Source: Lama glama
Taxonomy: Eukaryota
Assembly (NCBI GenBank): GCA_028534125.1
Contig: CM052816.1
Coordinates: 12,278,001-12,342,000, forward strand
Length of the DNA: 64,000 nt
Reading direction: 5' to 3'
The position numbers and the translations under genes were made by a program. Shown in pieces: positions 39,171 to 51,811 of the stretch. How positions within the stretch are numbered: position 1 is the stretch's first letter; each line of letters starts with the position of its first letter. The notes below the pieces were generated by a model. That model saw only the letters and a list, made by a program, of their open reading frames with translations. It was not told where the DNA came from and searched no databases.

Positions 39171-40469
39171 ACTTAAGTAAATCCTACATGTCATTTCAGA
39201 GAAGTCACTTCCTTTCTGTATTTTTTCAGTTGAGTCATAAGACTGATTAAAATCTAAAATTATATTGGTAAAAATTGCAGTTCAACTTCATTTCCTGTGG
39301 AGATGTTGGCTCCAATAGTCTAAATCTTCCACTGGTCTCACAAAAATAATGATATTAGGGTAATAGAGTTATTCTGCCTTCAATCTAATTCTATCAGTGC
39401 AGAGTTCCACTTCCTGTAGCTTCTTAATGAATTCTCTCTGAATGAAGCATTTCACTGGAGACAGAAGATTCTTGATTTTTAATTGAAATTTAAAAGCTTC
39501 ATCTTTGAGTCAAAAGATGACGGTAAAAGCTGCTTGTGAAACAAAATCATAATTGGGTTTCAAGATGGATAGCCCCTCGTCAGCTAAATGTTTCTCGTAA
39601 CGTTGGAATGTGGAAAGTCATCATCTAACAGTTTAATTTTCATCAGAATATAGTGTACATCAGGTGGTCATGCCCTAAACATTTCAATAATATGCATCTA
39701 ACCCGCATGAATTTTTATGAGTATTACACCTGGAGAAAATGTTTTGAGTAAATTGTAGATTTTCTATTCTCCAATTAAGAGAGAATGTTCAAGGTGTGGG
39801 GAGATTTGGGAGGAGGAAAATTGGTATACAAATGTGAAAAATAGCTTCATCAAGGAAAAAAAAACATTTGAGTTCTCTGTATCTAGGGATCCTTACTTAC
39901 CTCCTGTAATCATGGCACACTATAAAGCAAGAGTAAAACACCTGTTCTGGTGAATACAAGCTTCGCATGCCAACCGGATCATGAGTGCTTTGCCTTTGTC
40001 AGAGGAAAGGGAGGGTGGGGAGGAAAGGAGCATATATTCACTGAAATCTTACTACATGCTACACAGTAGCCTGTGTTTTACCCCAGCCTCATTTACGGAA
40101 CACTTCTATGCATATCTTTTATGCGGAATTATAAAGATAAAGAACATTGTATTTTCTCTTTCTCCCCCAAAGTCTTATTCCTAGCAACAAAATCACGTTA
40201 TCTTTAAAATGTTAGTAATGCTTATGAATCCTTCTGAAGTTGGTAGAATTTCCCAGATAGAGTTCAAGGAACTAGCAAGATGCTGTGGGAGACTGGACTA
40301 GAAGATGTGTTTGAGAAATGCTAAGTCCAATATCATACCATCAGAAATGAATTTAGAAGAAAACTTTTGAAGATTTATTAACAGTCTAAGTGTTTTTGGA
40401 ATAGAGCTAAAAATCATCAAACATTATGAAAAACACAGGTAAGTACATTTCATATACTGTGAAAAATAC

Positions 40470-40967
40470 TTTCCAGCTCCCATGAAGTGAACACAAATTA
40501 GGATGGCCTGACAAAATTCCCAAAGCTGTGTCACAACCCTATTCCTTGTAACTATTTCTAGTCATACACTCAAAACTCCTGGTTATAGGGGAGGGTACTG
40601 ACCAAACTGATAGGATCACAGTTCATTCTTCCTTCCCTCATCACAGTTATTGCCCCAATGTGTGGGCATATGACCTTCAGCAAATCAAATCACTCTGCCC
40701 AGAATTTTTCAAAATCAAGGTAGGATTGAGGAAATTCTTCTTCAACATACAGGAACATGAAGCCATGGACCTTGCTGGGTAAACACCCATCTACAGCAGA
40801 AGAGATTAAAAAGCTCAAGTTCCGAGAGGAGCAGAGAGAAGAGAGACAAGGGGGATGTTGACCTAGTCCTGCGTATCCTTGAGGTCACTTCTCCCCATAC
40901 AAACCTACTTGAACCTAATTCGTGTTTGACTTCTATCACTGCAAATGATAGCACCTTGTCTCATATA
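40470..40967 (+). mobile_element. MaLR LTR (MLT1K/L-like)
   Basis: gtgggcatatgacc, gagaggagcagagag, terminal cttctatcactgcaa. Confidence 0.55.
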
Positions 40968-41284
40968 CTCAGCAGTTTAGAACTGTTAATATTGGATAAA
41001 TTATATCAAGTATAGATCTGGAGCATTTTTAAAGATTTTTTTCCACAAAAATCTGGAATCTGATTCATTGTCTACAGTAAATTCACAGAGAAATCTACCA
41101 TCACAGCTAGTTGAAAAAATTCAAATGATAACTCCAGTATTTTTGCTTTTGCGTCACATTTATTATCTCAACCTTCCCTGTAATCAAGGTCTGTTTACTT
41201 TTGTTCACTCTGATCTAGACACTTAAGTCAATTAATAATAATATAACAAATTATTATATTAAACCATTATTAGCAGCCAATTAG

Positions 41285-41490
41285 GAATAGTAACTATAAG
41301 CCAAACACTTGCCAAGCCCATTTTATGCCCTGCTTTGATTGTCTGATTACTCTAAACTCAGTTATTATTATTATCCCATATAAGTAAATTGAGGCACAGA
41401 AAAGTTAAGCAAGGTACTCAGAGTTGCACAGCTAGTAAATGTGAAGGAGCTGGGATTAAAGCCCAGACAATTTGACTCCAGGGTCAAAGA
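41285..41490 (-). mobile_element. MIR SINE
   Basis: aaattgaggcacagaaaagttaag...cacagctagtaaatg...tgactccag. Confidence 0.85.
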
Positions 41491-42671
41491 GCATATTGAA
41501 ACATAAAGCAGTGTTTGCAGCCCTGATGGGTTCTGAAGTCACAGAAGAGTGGAAAATTCTATTTGTCAAATAAGATAAGGAGAAGAATAAAAGCAGTTCA
41601 GTGTTATCACCTCCTAGTGACATGGCAGTTGTTTAAAATCTCTCTCATCCCCTACGTAGTTTCTCAGTTTTCATAGAATCCATAACGCGTGGCATAATGT
41701 CTGGGACACAATACTCACTTGTTAAAAAGTAAATATATGGAAGAGCAGTCATTGAATGAAAGAACCAGTAATCTAGGGGGGAGATGAGAGCGGAGAACAA
41801 GTGTGCAAAGAAAAATTAAATACAGGACCTGTGAAAGTTGTGAAGGGCACTGCAGAAAATTAAATTCCTCCCAAAAAACTCAGAATCAGACTGCACCCTG
41901 TCCCCCAGACAATCCCCACCACATGGCCACTATCCCACTTTCCCTCCTTTTTGGAATATTAAAGACAAGAGCTTCAAGAGTACCCCATTCCCACCCTCCC
42001 CTCCCCCTTCTGCACCCAGCACTTCCTTACCTGGGAACCACTATGTAGACCTACGGTGCCCATTTAGAAATTGCTCTCTGGATTCCCAGCTACAAACTTC
42101 TGAAGACCTGTTTGTTTCTTGCACATTTAATAAAGCCCACAGGCAAGTGGAAAAACAACATAGAAAGGAGGTCAGAGCAAGCGTCTTCTCTTCTTTCCAT
42201 TTAGCAGTGTGTTTTAACTAAGAGATGCTAAGAGATGAGTAAAAACTCAAAGCACAGGGTCCTTTTCTATGTTCCATTTTTAGCTCATTTGCCAAGAGGA
42301 CATGAGTGTTACACTGAGGATCTGTTCATTGCTGGACTTCTCTTCTTCACTTGTCATTGCTAGGATCGGGGACACACTAGACTATTTGGGGTGGGGAGAG
42401 CAGACAAAATCTGTCTAGCCCATCACTAATTTCTCAAGTGCTGGCTTATTCTGAATTGCAGCACAGAAGAGAATTATGTGTAAGCTGAGTTAACCACTGA
42501 CTTCTCTGCTTTCTGTAGAATGTTCAAATTAAAACAAGTGATTGTAACCTCCTAGGTCAGAGCTCACACTGGTGCTTCAAGCTCTCAATATAGTCTATAG
42601 ATGTGTTTTGTTTTCCTGGTACTGCCTTAAAAATATTGAGTCAACTTTTTAAAATTCAGAGTTTTTTTTTT

Positions 42672-43665
42672 CTAAGGTCAAATATAAGATAAAAATGGCC
42701 CCTTTTAACTCTCCTTTTAAACATCACACTCAGCATTCTGGCTATTTGTAATACAATAATAAAAGGAAATAAAGGACAAACAGATTAAGGAGAAAGAAAC
42801 AAAACTGTCTTTGCAGATGAGAGTGTCTATGTAGAAAATGTGAAACAATCAACAACAACCAAAAACAAAAAACAACTCCTGGAACTAATAAGCAATTATA
42901 GCATGGTTACAGGATGCACGGTTAATATAGAAAAGCTAGTCACCTTCCAATATGCCAGCACTGAATAAGTAGTATTTGAAATTAAACACGATGCCATTTA
43001 CCTTAGTATCCAAAATAATGAAATGCTTAGGTATAAATGTAACAAAATATGCACAAGAGCTACATGAGAAAAACTATCGAATGGATGATCGAAAGACTAA
43101 CTAAATTAATAGAGAGATAGTCCATGTTAATGGACAGGAAGACTCAATACTGCCAAGTTGTGAGTTCTTCCCAACTTGATCGGAAGATTCAGTGAAATTC
43201 CAATCAAAATCCCAGGGCATTATTTTGTGGCTGTCAACAAACTAATTCTAAGGTTTCTGCAGAGAGGCAAAGGACCCAAACAGGCAACAACATATGGAAG
43301 GAGAAGAATGAAGTTAGAAGATTAACACTACCCAACTGCAAGACTTACTATAAAGTGACAGTAATCAAGCCAGCATGGAAATAATTGACAAAAATCAGTG
43401 AAGCAGAACAGAGTCCAGAAACAGATCTTCATATATAAAGTCAAATGATCTTTGACAAAAATATAAAGGCAATAAAATGTAGCAAAGATATTCTTTTTAT
43501 CAAATGGTGCTGTAACAAGTGGATATCAAATGGTGCTGTAACAAGTGGATGCAAGAAAAAAATCTAGACACAGACCTTATATCCTTCAAAAAAAAAAACT
43601 CAAAGTTGATTACAGACCTAAAAGTATAAAACGAAAAACAAAAACAAAAAACTAAAGGATATCTT
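42672..43665 (+). mobile_element. Old LINE-1 ORF2 fragment
   Basis: ttgcagatga (remnant of the RT FADD motif), ggaagactcaatactgccaag, aagacttactataaag, atctttgacaaa. Confidence 0.9.
43499..43550. repeat. Exact 26-bp tandem duplication
   Basis: atcaaatggtgctgtaacaagtggat twice. Confidence 0.97.
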
Positions 43666-44077
43666 AATAAAACAAATTGGAAAGTTTCACATACAACCCC
43701 CAACCCCCCAAATTCTAGTTCTCTTAAAAAACCAAGCCCCTCTTCTCTTAAAAAAGCATAGCAGTCCTTGGGAAACTAGGCTCAGAGTCACTTGCCATTT
43801 GTCACCGAGCTTACAAGGATGTTTCTCTCACACTAGAGGAACCTCTTCCTCTCCCCGTCTTCCCCTACCCGCCCTGTCTCTCTCCCTGTTCAAGGTAAGA
43901 CCGTGAAGAAGAGATTAAAGGGCAGAATGGCTCCTTATGCCCACCTGACTTCACGCGTATGTCACCTACTGGCCCTTACAGACTGTGGAGTTTATGAGCC
44001 TTAGATACGAATGATAAAATAATGCCAATCCATGAAGCAAGTATTACAGCAATCACAAGTGTACCAATGACAGACAG

Positions 44078-44276
44078 AATTTAATAGAGCACTTACTTTT
44101 TGCAAAGTGCTTTATATACAATGTGTAATAAATACTTATAATCCTCATTTTACAAATGAAGAAAATAGAGGTCAGAAAAGTTATGTAATTTCTTAAGGGT
44201 TCACACTTCATTAGTAGTTGATACAGGAACATAACCCAGCATTTTTGGATATCCAAGGTCACACTTTCAACTATAT
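44078..44276 (-). mobile_element. MIR SINE
   Basis: cctcattttacaaatgaagaaaatagaggtcagaaaagtta. Confidence 0.8.
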
Positions 44277-44701
44277 GTACTAGCTTCATACACTACAAAA
44301 TGTTTGACTTAATAAGCCAGAGACTAGTGCTTTTCATAATTTTGTATTAATAATTCCTAGGACTCTTTTCAGTAAGATTTCTACATAAACATTACAAGTT
44401 ATAATTATCCAAGATCAATATACATAAAAAACACCAAATGTAAGAAATAAATACTCAACAAGTTTCCAAAATTAACTCTTTGCACTATTATTCTCTGCTT
44501 TGGTTAATTAGTGTTACTATAATGTGTTTGATTGGGTTGTCAACAACTTCAACCTGAATTCTAAATAGCTTTTTCCAGGGCTATTTGTTCTGGGATATTA
44601 CTTGATAGGTGTTTAGACTTCTTGGGCCAGAATCCAACAGCTGAGTCTTTGAACACTGTATGCTTAGACAACGAGCCAGAGAGTGTGAAAATACATTTCT
44701 C

Positions 44702-45136
44702 TGTATCATTTGGGATCCTGGGAAGAAACAGATGGTACACACAAACGGGTAATCTAAGGAGAGTCACACGTGTAGGCAGGAATATTGGGAAACCATGAGG
44801 TAGTGCATCATTACCGTTCCTAAAATAAAATGGCAAAGTAAGGAAGCAGTTCTAAGAACAAGGAGACTGAGAGAGCCCTGGGGAAAGGGGTATGTGAAAA
44901 CACTATGGCTTTGGTTAAAGGGGGCAGTCAGCACTGATAACGTTACAGTAATGGACCCTGGGAAATAAACAGCATTACCACTCTTCTCCAGGCCTTCATT
45001 CTCCTACCAGTCCTGGGCATAGGACAGAGGGAAATAACCCACTGATATAATCTAAGAATTCAGCTTTTCTAAGGCACAGAGCAAGGTGAACAAGAGCAGA
45101 GGGTATATCTGGAGTGAAGGAAGATACTCAACACAC
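44702..45136 (-). mobile_element. ERVL solo LTR (LTR16C-like)
   Basis: tgtatc...gaaacagatggtacac start; ggcacagagcaaggtg...tatctggag...caacaca end. Confidence 0.7.
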
Positions 45137-45397
45137 ACATCCTGGCTAAAATAACTGGATTTCCAGGCTTACAGACATTTTTTCAAAGATAACTCAGGAC
45201 AAACCATTAAGCAACCTACATTTAACTAGGCAAGACTCTGAATTAATGAAACAGGCTGTCAAAGAATTAATATAGTAATAAGTTTAGAGGTCTAGTTTTA
45301 TACCTTTTCTGAAGCATGAGTCACTGCTAACAGTACCCCCAAACATCCATCCTCAGTTTGAGCATCTGAAATGATGAAGAAGTTGCTTATCCTTAAA

Positions 45398-45905
45398 TGA
45401 GATAAGACTCTAAGTTGCAAGTGACAGAAATCCACTCAGACCCCTGACATAGTGGGGAATTCCAAGTGTGGCATTCACGCAAAGCTGGATTCAGGGGCTC
45501 CAACAATGCCATCAGGAACAGGGCTTTCTCTGTATTGGGTTCACTCTCCAGCAGGCTCTTTGTACGTGTTGGCAAGATGGTTGTTAAGGCTCCAGTCTTC
45601 TGCCCTACCCACCCACTTTGCAAAGCTTTAGTCAAATTCAGAACCTGAATCTCATGGGACTGATCTGTGTCATGTTTCCATTACTGTCCCACTAACAATG
45701 TCAAGGGGGATAAAATAACATAATTAGCCAGGCCTAATAAACTGTCCACCTTCAAAGATGGGTGAGGAGAGAGTTAATCACACCCAGACCACCTGGATTT
45801 ATATATAACTGGTCTCAAAGACAAATCACGGTGCTTTTATTTGCAGAAGGAGGACAAATGGGTACTGAGCAGGAAAAACCAATAAAAAAGATGTCCATCA
45901 CACTC
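45398..45905 (-). mobile_element. MaLR LTR (MLT1J/K-like)
   Basis: gttgcaagtgacagaaatccactca, gctggattcaggggctc, ggcaagatgg. Confidence 0.75.
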
Positions 45906-46423
45906 ACACAATTAGAAAATTCTCCCAGAATCTTCTTGTCACATGCATTTGTCCTAACTCTGCCCTGTGGAATCATCTGGAGATTATTCACTCCCTCTTT
46001 TGCACAAATCTCTTCGTTTATCTGAGATACTCCTATATCACTCCAAGTCTTCACTACTTAAAACACAATGAGCATCCTTTATCTACTCTTCATGGAACAT
46101 ATTTTCTGTATCTCCTGTCATCCTGGAAACTCTCCTTTGTATTCTATGCTGTTTATCAATAGCTCACTTGATGGATACTAAATGGGTAACTCACAGAACA
46201 GTACAAGTTAACATTAATTGAGTGCTTTTTATCTTCTAAACACTGTTCCAAGATTGCTGTACAGTTTAACATATTTAATTCTCACTGCAATGCATGAGAG
46301 GCTACTTGCCCTACCTTACTTAGCTAATATATAGAATACTTTGTGAAAACAATGTGGCTTCCCAAGTTTGCACCATGATCCACTACAGGAATCGAAAGGC
46401 ACAGCAATGGCATACAAACCTTC

Positions 46424-46679
46424 AAGCGGTGGGGGGGGTGGGTGGAGGGTGGGAAGGGATAGACTGGGATTTTAAAACTGTAGAATAGATAAACAAGATT
46501 ACACTGTATAGCACAGGGAAATATACACAAAATGTTATGATAATTCACAGAGAAAAAAAATGTGACAATGAGTGTGTATATGTCCATGAATGACTGAAAA
46601 ATTGTGCTGAACACTGGAATTTGACACAACATTGTAAAATGATTATAAATCAATAAAAAATGTTTTAAAAAAAAAAAAA
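46424..46679 (+). mobile_element. Short, young camelid-type LINE-1 3' end with poly(A)
   Basis: gggtgggaagggatagactggga...gtatagcacagggaa...aataaaaaatgtttt then an A13 run; weak flanking repeat aaacct(t/a)c. Confidence 0.9.
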
Positions 46680-46689
46680 CCTACGGGGG

Positions 46690-47110
46690 AAAATGCTTCA
46701 ACCACACTAGTAAGTGAAGAAACGGAAAATCTTCCAATATGAGGGGCCACTTTCAGCTATCAAATTGGCATGTTAATAACAACCAAAATTAGCAACAAAT
46801 GCAAACTCTCTTCTGCTGCTTGTGTAACTTGTGTAACAATTCTGCAAAACAATTTGGCATTATGAAACCAGAGTCTCATGAACAGGTATTCTTTGGAAAC
46901 ATTTAGACTACAAATGAATTCAAATCTGTAACTGCAGTGATGTTAAATACTATGAATAATAAAAAGTATCAGAAACAATCGAAACACTGAGCGCTTAGAA
47001 ATTGGTGAAATAAGCGTTGAGACATCCACCCACTGGAATATGAAGTAACCATTGCAGATACTGATACATGATGGTTAATAATGCACAAATAGGTTTACCC
47101 TAGTTCAGTG
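46690..47110 (+). mobile_element. Old LINE-1 ORF2-end fragment (L1ME-like)
   Basis: aaatgcttcaaccacactagtaa, ctatcaaattggca, aacaatttggca. Confidence 0.65.
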
Positions 47111-48067
47111 AATGAGCTCAAAAAAGGTAAAAGATAACTGGAGAGAAACTGGATGAGAGGAAGGGCTAATTACCTCTCATACAGGTACTTAACAGAAGTA
47201 ATTTACGTAGCAAGCTCCTGTAACAGTTCGATTCACAGACACGTGACTCCTACAAAACTTTCTGATAGCAAATCTATTATATAAGGTGAGTGTATTTGAA
47301 CTAAGTGAGCGCTCTCGGTGCCTGCACGCCCGGTCATTACTCATCAGCTTGTGTCCCGCTCTGGTGGGAGGAGCACCAGGAATACAGAACAGCCACTCTC
47401 CACCCTGACTCAGCAGGGAGGTGAGAGAGAGCTCCCTTAGGTCTTCACAACGTCCTCATCTTGAGCCCTTTTACACAAAGGCATGTGGAGGCCTAAAACA
47501 ATAACTTCTCTCTTCACCCCCTATGAAATTTTCCTAACTTTCTCTCTAAACTGAGTTGAAAAATAAAATCTCAACTATACATGGAGACTTTTCCCCTTTG
47601 CTTTGTACTAGTCAAACCATACAACTTAAGACATTGTACTTTTGTATACAAAGTAACACCATGTTCATCATAGAAGATGTGAAAAGTAAGACAAACTGTC
47701 AAAAAATGAAAAAAAAATCCCTAACCCTACCACAAGTAGTACCACTTTGAGCACTTGGTGTATGTAATTCTAGAATTTTCCCATGGAAATATACACCTTC
47801 TTTAGACACATGAAATCACACACTGCATCCTGTGCTATAATGCTTGTACACTTACTAAAATAATGTAGACATTTCTGCCCACCAGGGTATATCCTCATGC
47901 AGAGTATTTACCACTCAGATGTGAATTTATTGTTAAAAACAAAAAGCTAAGTGTTCCCAAATGCAGAGAGCAGAAAGCAAGCCCCTCCAAGGCTGTTGGT
48001 ATGTGCTGATGTTATGGTTGCCACTAAAGGCAATTAAGGATGAGGTCTGAGGAGGGAACAAGAAGGA

Positions 48068-48280
48068 ATCTAACATTTATTATTAAGACCTTTGACTAAG
48101 TACTTTACATACATGAACTCATCCCAGTCATCACCCCCTGAGGCAGGAATGTTTATTCTCCATTTCCCACATGAAGAAAGTGAGACTCTGAAAGGTTCTG
48201 TGCTTTGCCCAAGGGTGTGTTACTATAAATAGGGACCCAGGACAGAACTTGCTGTATCTCATTCCCATCACCTTACTATG
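48068..48280 (-). mobile_element. MIR SINE
   Basis: ccatttcccacatgaagaaagtgagactctgaaagg...ttgcccaagg. Confidence 0.75.
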
Positions 48281-48394
48281 AAATGGGAGGACGAGGATTA
48301 TGGTATCAACATACCAACAAACTCGATTATGTTCATTCCAAAATTGCCCTGCTATTTCCACTTTACCACTGCCTCCTGGAATTTCTTTACAAAG

Positions 48395-48570
48395 TTCATT
48401 TGTTTTTTGGACAAATATCTACTGAATGCTTACTATTTCCCAGGCACTGGGTTAAGGCTGTGCTTGCAAAGCTAAAGAAGCCAGAAAAGGTCTCTCTTTG
48501 ATGAAGTTTATGTGCCAGAGGGGAAGGCAGGAAATGGACAAGTAAACAAATAGACAATTAATATCAACAG
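48395..48570 (-). mobile_element. L2 LINE 3' end
   Basis: acaaatatctactgaatgcttactatttcccaggcactgg. Confidence 0.7.
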
Positions 48571-48889
48571 AGAGGCCCTCCCACTCAAATACTCCCACAG
48601 GAAAAGAGGTTCACAGTTTGGGCTTTTCCAGAAGGGGCGTCTGAGTCAAATGGCTGTGCCCTGGACCCAAGAGATATCAGGCCAGTTCAGACTCCAGGGC
48701 TCTCATCTGGAAATATCCTTAACTATTTCTCCTAGGGCATGCTCCTGGCTGTGTCCAATATGCACCCCAAATGCAGCTCACATCATGAAAGGTTTTCTTT
48801 CCAAGTCAATGGCCATGAGACTCTGGGATCAAAGACAGATCAAAAGACAGGAAAGCCCATAGCCTGTACTATCAAAGTACACTGCACAC

Positions 48890-49410
48890 TGCCTAAAAGC
48901 ATGCATTCTGGAGCCAAAGCAACTGGGTTCAAAACCTTTACCAGCTACTAGATGAGAGGGCTTGAGCAGGCTATTCCACTATTCTTGGCCTTGATTTTTT
49001 TTCTATTTATAAATGGGAATAACACTAACAAAAACAACAGTAATAATTATAGGCTATTGTGAGCATCGAGTGAGGTGGACCATGTGGAGAAACTTCAGCA
49101 GTGCCAGGTACACAATAAATGCTTTGTAAATGCTATGACTACAGCATCAGGATATGTCCTGGACCACCACACTGGAGGCACACCTCGACATTATGAACAC
49201 TAGAGTCAGGCACACCTTGGCATCACGTGGTCCCTGTTACTCACTGCCTGGGTGATACTAAACATTTCTCTGAATTTATTTTTCGGAACCTTAAAAAGGG
49301 GATTCTACTTTAGAAGATTGTTTTGAAAAATAAAATGAGATAATATAAAAAAAGGACTTTGCACTGTGCTCGGCATATGGTAGGATCCAACAAAAGGTTA
49401 ACTATGATTA
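48890..49410 (+). mobile_element. Two tandem MIR SINEs (about 48890-49140 and 49200-49410)
   Basis: tctggagcca...ctgggttcaaa; tails cagtgccaggtacacaataaatgct and ctgtgctcggcatatggtagg. Confidence 0.7.
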
Positions 49411-49596
49411 AATTTATAGTCACAGAACATGCTACAAAGTCACTTTCCCTCCCACTGCTCCAAGTTGGTCCTCTTAAAGGGGACATAGAGGCCTCTGGCC
49501 TCTAATTCATTTAAACCTCCTGTGGCCAAGAGAAAACTCTTATTTTCTGTCAGGTGAGATGCTTACTGGAAGTAAGGCTAAATCAGGAAGTTAAGG

Positions 49597-51094
49597 CATG
49601 ACTTGTCTATTGTAAACAGTGCTGCTATGAACATTGGGATGCATATATATTTTTGAATTAGTTTTCTCTAGATATATGCCCAGGAGTGGGATTGCTGGAC
49701 CACAGAGTAAGCTGGTTTTTAGTTTCTAAAGGAATCTCCATACTGTTTTCCATAATGGCTGCACCAAACTACATTCCTACCAACAGAGTAGGAGGGTTTG
49801 CTCTTCTTCACACCCTCTCCAGCGTTTACTGTTTATGGCCTTATTAATGATGGTCATTCTGACTGGTCTGAGTTGATACTTCAGTGTGGTTTTGATTTGC
49901 ATTTCTCTGGTATTAGTGACGCTGAGCATTTTTGCAAGTGCCTATTGGCTATTTGTATGTCTTCACTGGAGAAATGTTTGTTTAGGTCCTCTGCCCATTT
50001 TTGGATTGGGCTGTTTATTTTTTGTTACTAAGTTGTACAACCTGTTTGTATATTCTCGAAATTAAGCCCTTGTCAGTCTCAACTTTTGCAAATATTTTCT
50101 CCCATTCTGTAGGTTGTTTTCTCATTTTATCTGTGGTTTCCTTTTCTGTACAAAAGTTTGTAAGTTAAATTAGGTCCCACTTGTTTATTTTTGCTTTTAT
50201 TTCTATTGCCTGGGTAGACTACTCTAGGAGAACATTGCTAAGATTTTTATCAGAGAATGTTTTGCTTATGTTCTCTTCCAGGAGATTTATAATGTGTTAT
50301 GCTTAAATCCTTAAGACATTTTGAGTTTATTTTTGTGTCTGGTGTGAGGGAATATTCTAACTTCATTGATTTATGTGCAGCTGTCCAGTTTTCCCAACAT
50401 CACTTGTTAAAAAGATGGTCTCTTCTCCATTGTGTATTCTTGCCTCCTTTGTCAAAGATTAATTGAACATAGGTGTGGTGGGTTTATTTCTGAACTCTTT
50501 GTTCTGTTCTGTTGATCCTTATGTCTGTTTTTGTACCAGTACCATGCTGTTTTGATTACTTAGCCAAGACATGGAAGCAACCTAAATGTCCATCTACAGA
50601 TGACTGGATAAAGAAGTTGTAGTATATGTGTGTAATGGAACACTACTCAATCATTAAAAAGAATAAAATTATGCCATTTGCAGCAACATGGATGGACCTG
50701 GAGATCGTCACTGTAAGTGAAGCCCGAAAGAAAAAGGAAAAAACCTTATGATATCACTTTTATGTGGAATCTATAAGAAAAAAAAGTGAACTTATATATA
50801 AAACAGAAACAGACTCACAGACATAGAATACAGACTTGTGGTTGCCAGCGGGGAAAGAGGGTGGGAAGGGATAAACTGGGAGTTTGAGATTTGCAGATAC
50901 TACCTACCATATGTAAAACAGATAAATAACAAGTTTCTTCCATATAGCACAGGGAACTATATTCAATATCTTATAGTAATTTATAATGAAAAAAATGAAA
51001 ATGAATACTTGTATGTATATGTATGACTGAAACATTTTGCTGTACATCAGAAATTGATGCATTTGAAACTGAGTATATACTTCAGTTTAAAAAA
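49597..51094 (+). mobile_element. 5'-inverted lineage-specific LINE-1 (antisense 49597-50560, sense 50561-51094)
   Basis: Antisense arm starts at the consensus position (caatagccaagacatg) where the sense arm begins; closely similar to the 9298-10470 copy; no clear TSD. Confidence 0.92.
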
Positions 51095-51263
51095 TTACAC
51101 AAGCATATAGAAAATGAGACTTAAAAAATAGGAAAGTAAACTGAGATAAAGGGAACCATGCTATGTCTCATTAGTACTAGTCTATATTAATGGTTGTTAC
51201 AATATGTGGCTTCCAAGCAAGTTATCAAAATAAAATAATCCAGTAAAAAGAAAAAAGAAAAAA

Positions 51264-51811
51264 CATAGTATATACATACTACATAATATTATTTGGCCTT
51301 AAAAAGAAGGAAATCCTGCTGTGTGCAACAATATGCATAAACATTATGCTAAGTGAATTAAGCCAGTCCCAGAAGAACAAATACTGCATGAGTGTATTTA
51401 CATAAAGAAGCTCAAGGAGTCAAACCCACAGAAGCAGAGAATATGACAGTGATTGCCAGAGCAGGGGAGGTAGGGAATATGGGGAGTTGCCATTTAATGG
51501 ATATAAAGTTTTAGTTATGCCAAATGAGTATGTTCTAGAGACCTGCTATTCAATGTAGTATTTATCTACAGTTAACAATACAGTGGTGAGTACTCCAAAA
51601 TTGGTTAAGAAGGTGGATCTCATGTCAAATGTTCTTACCACACACAAAAAAGAACACAAGGAAACTCTGAGAGATGATAGGTATATTTACTACCTTGATT
51701 CTGGTGATAATATTATGAGTGCTTGCATAGGTTCAAACTCAAACTGTATAATTAAATATTTGCAGTTCTTTGTATATCAGTTACACCTCAATAAAGCTGT
51801 TTAAAAAAAAA
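51264..51811 (+). mobile_element. Older LINE-1 3' end (L1MA/L1MB-like)
   Basis: acattatgctaagtgaattaagccagtc, gttctagagacctgct, acacctcaataaagctg followed by an A-run. Confidence 0.88.

Noticed and set aside
43499..43550. CRISPR-like direct repeat
   Set aside because: Only two adjacent units, no spacer, inside a mammalian L1
43690..43985. Possible LTR fragment with a repeated ttctcttaaaaaa motif
   Set aside because: Could not assign termini, TSD or family
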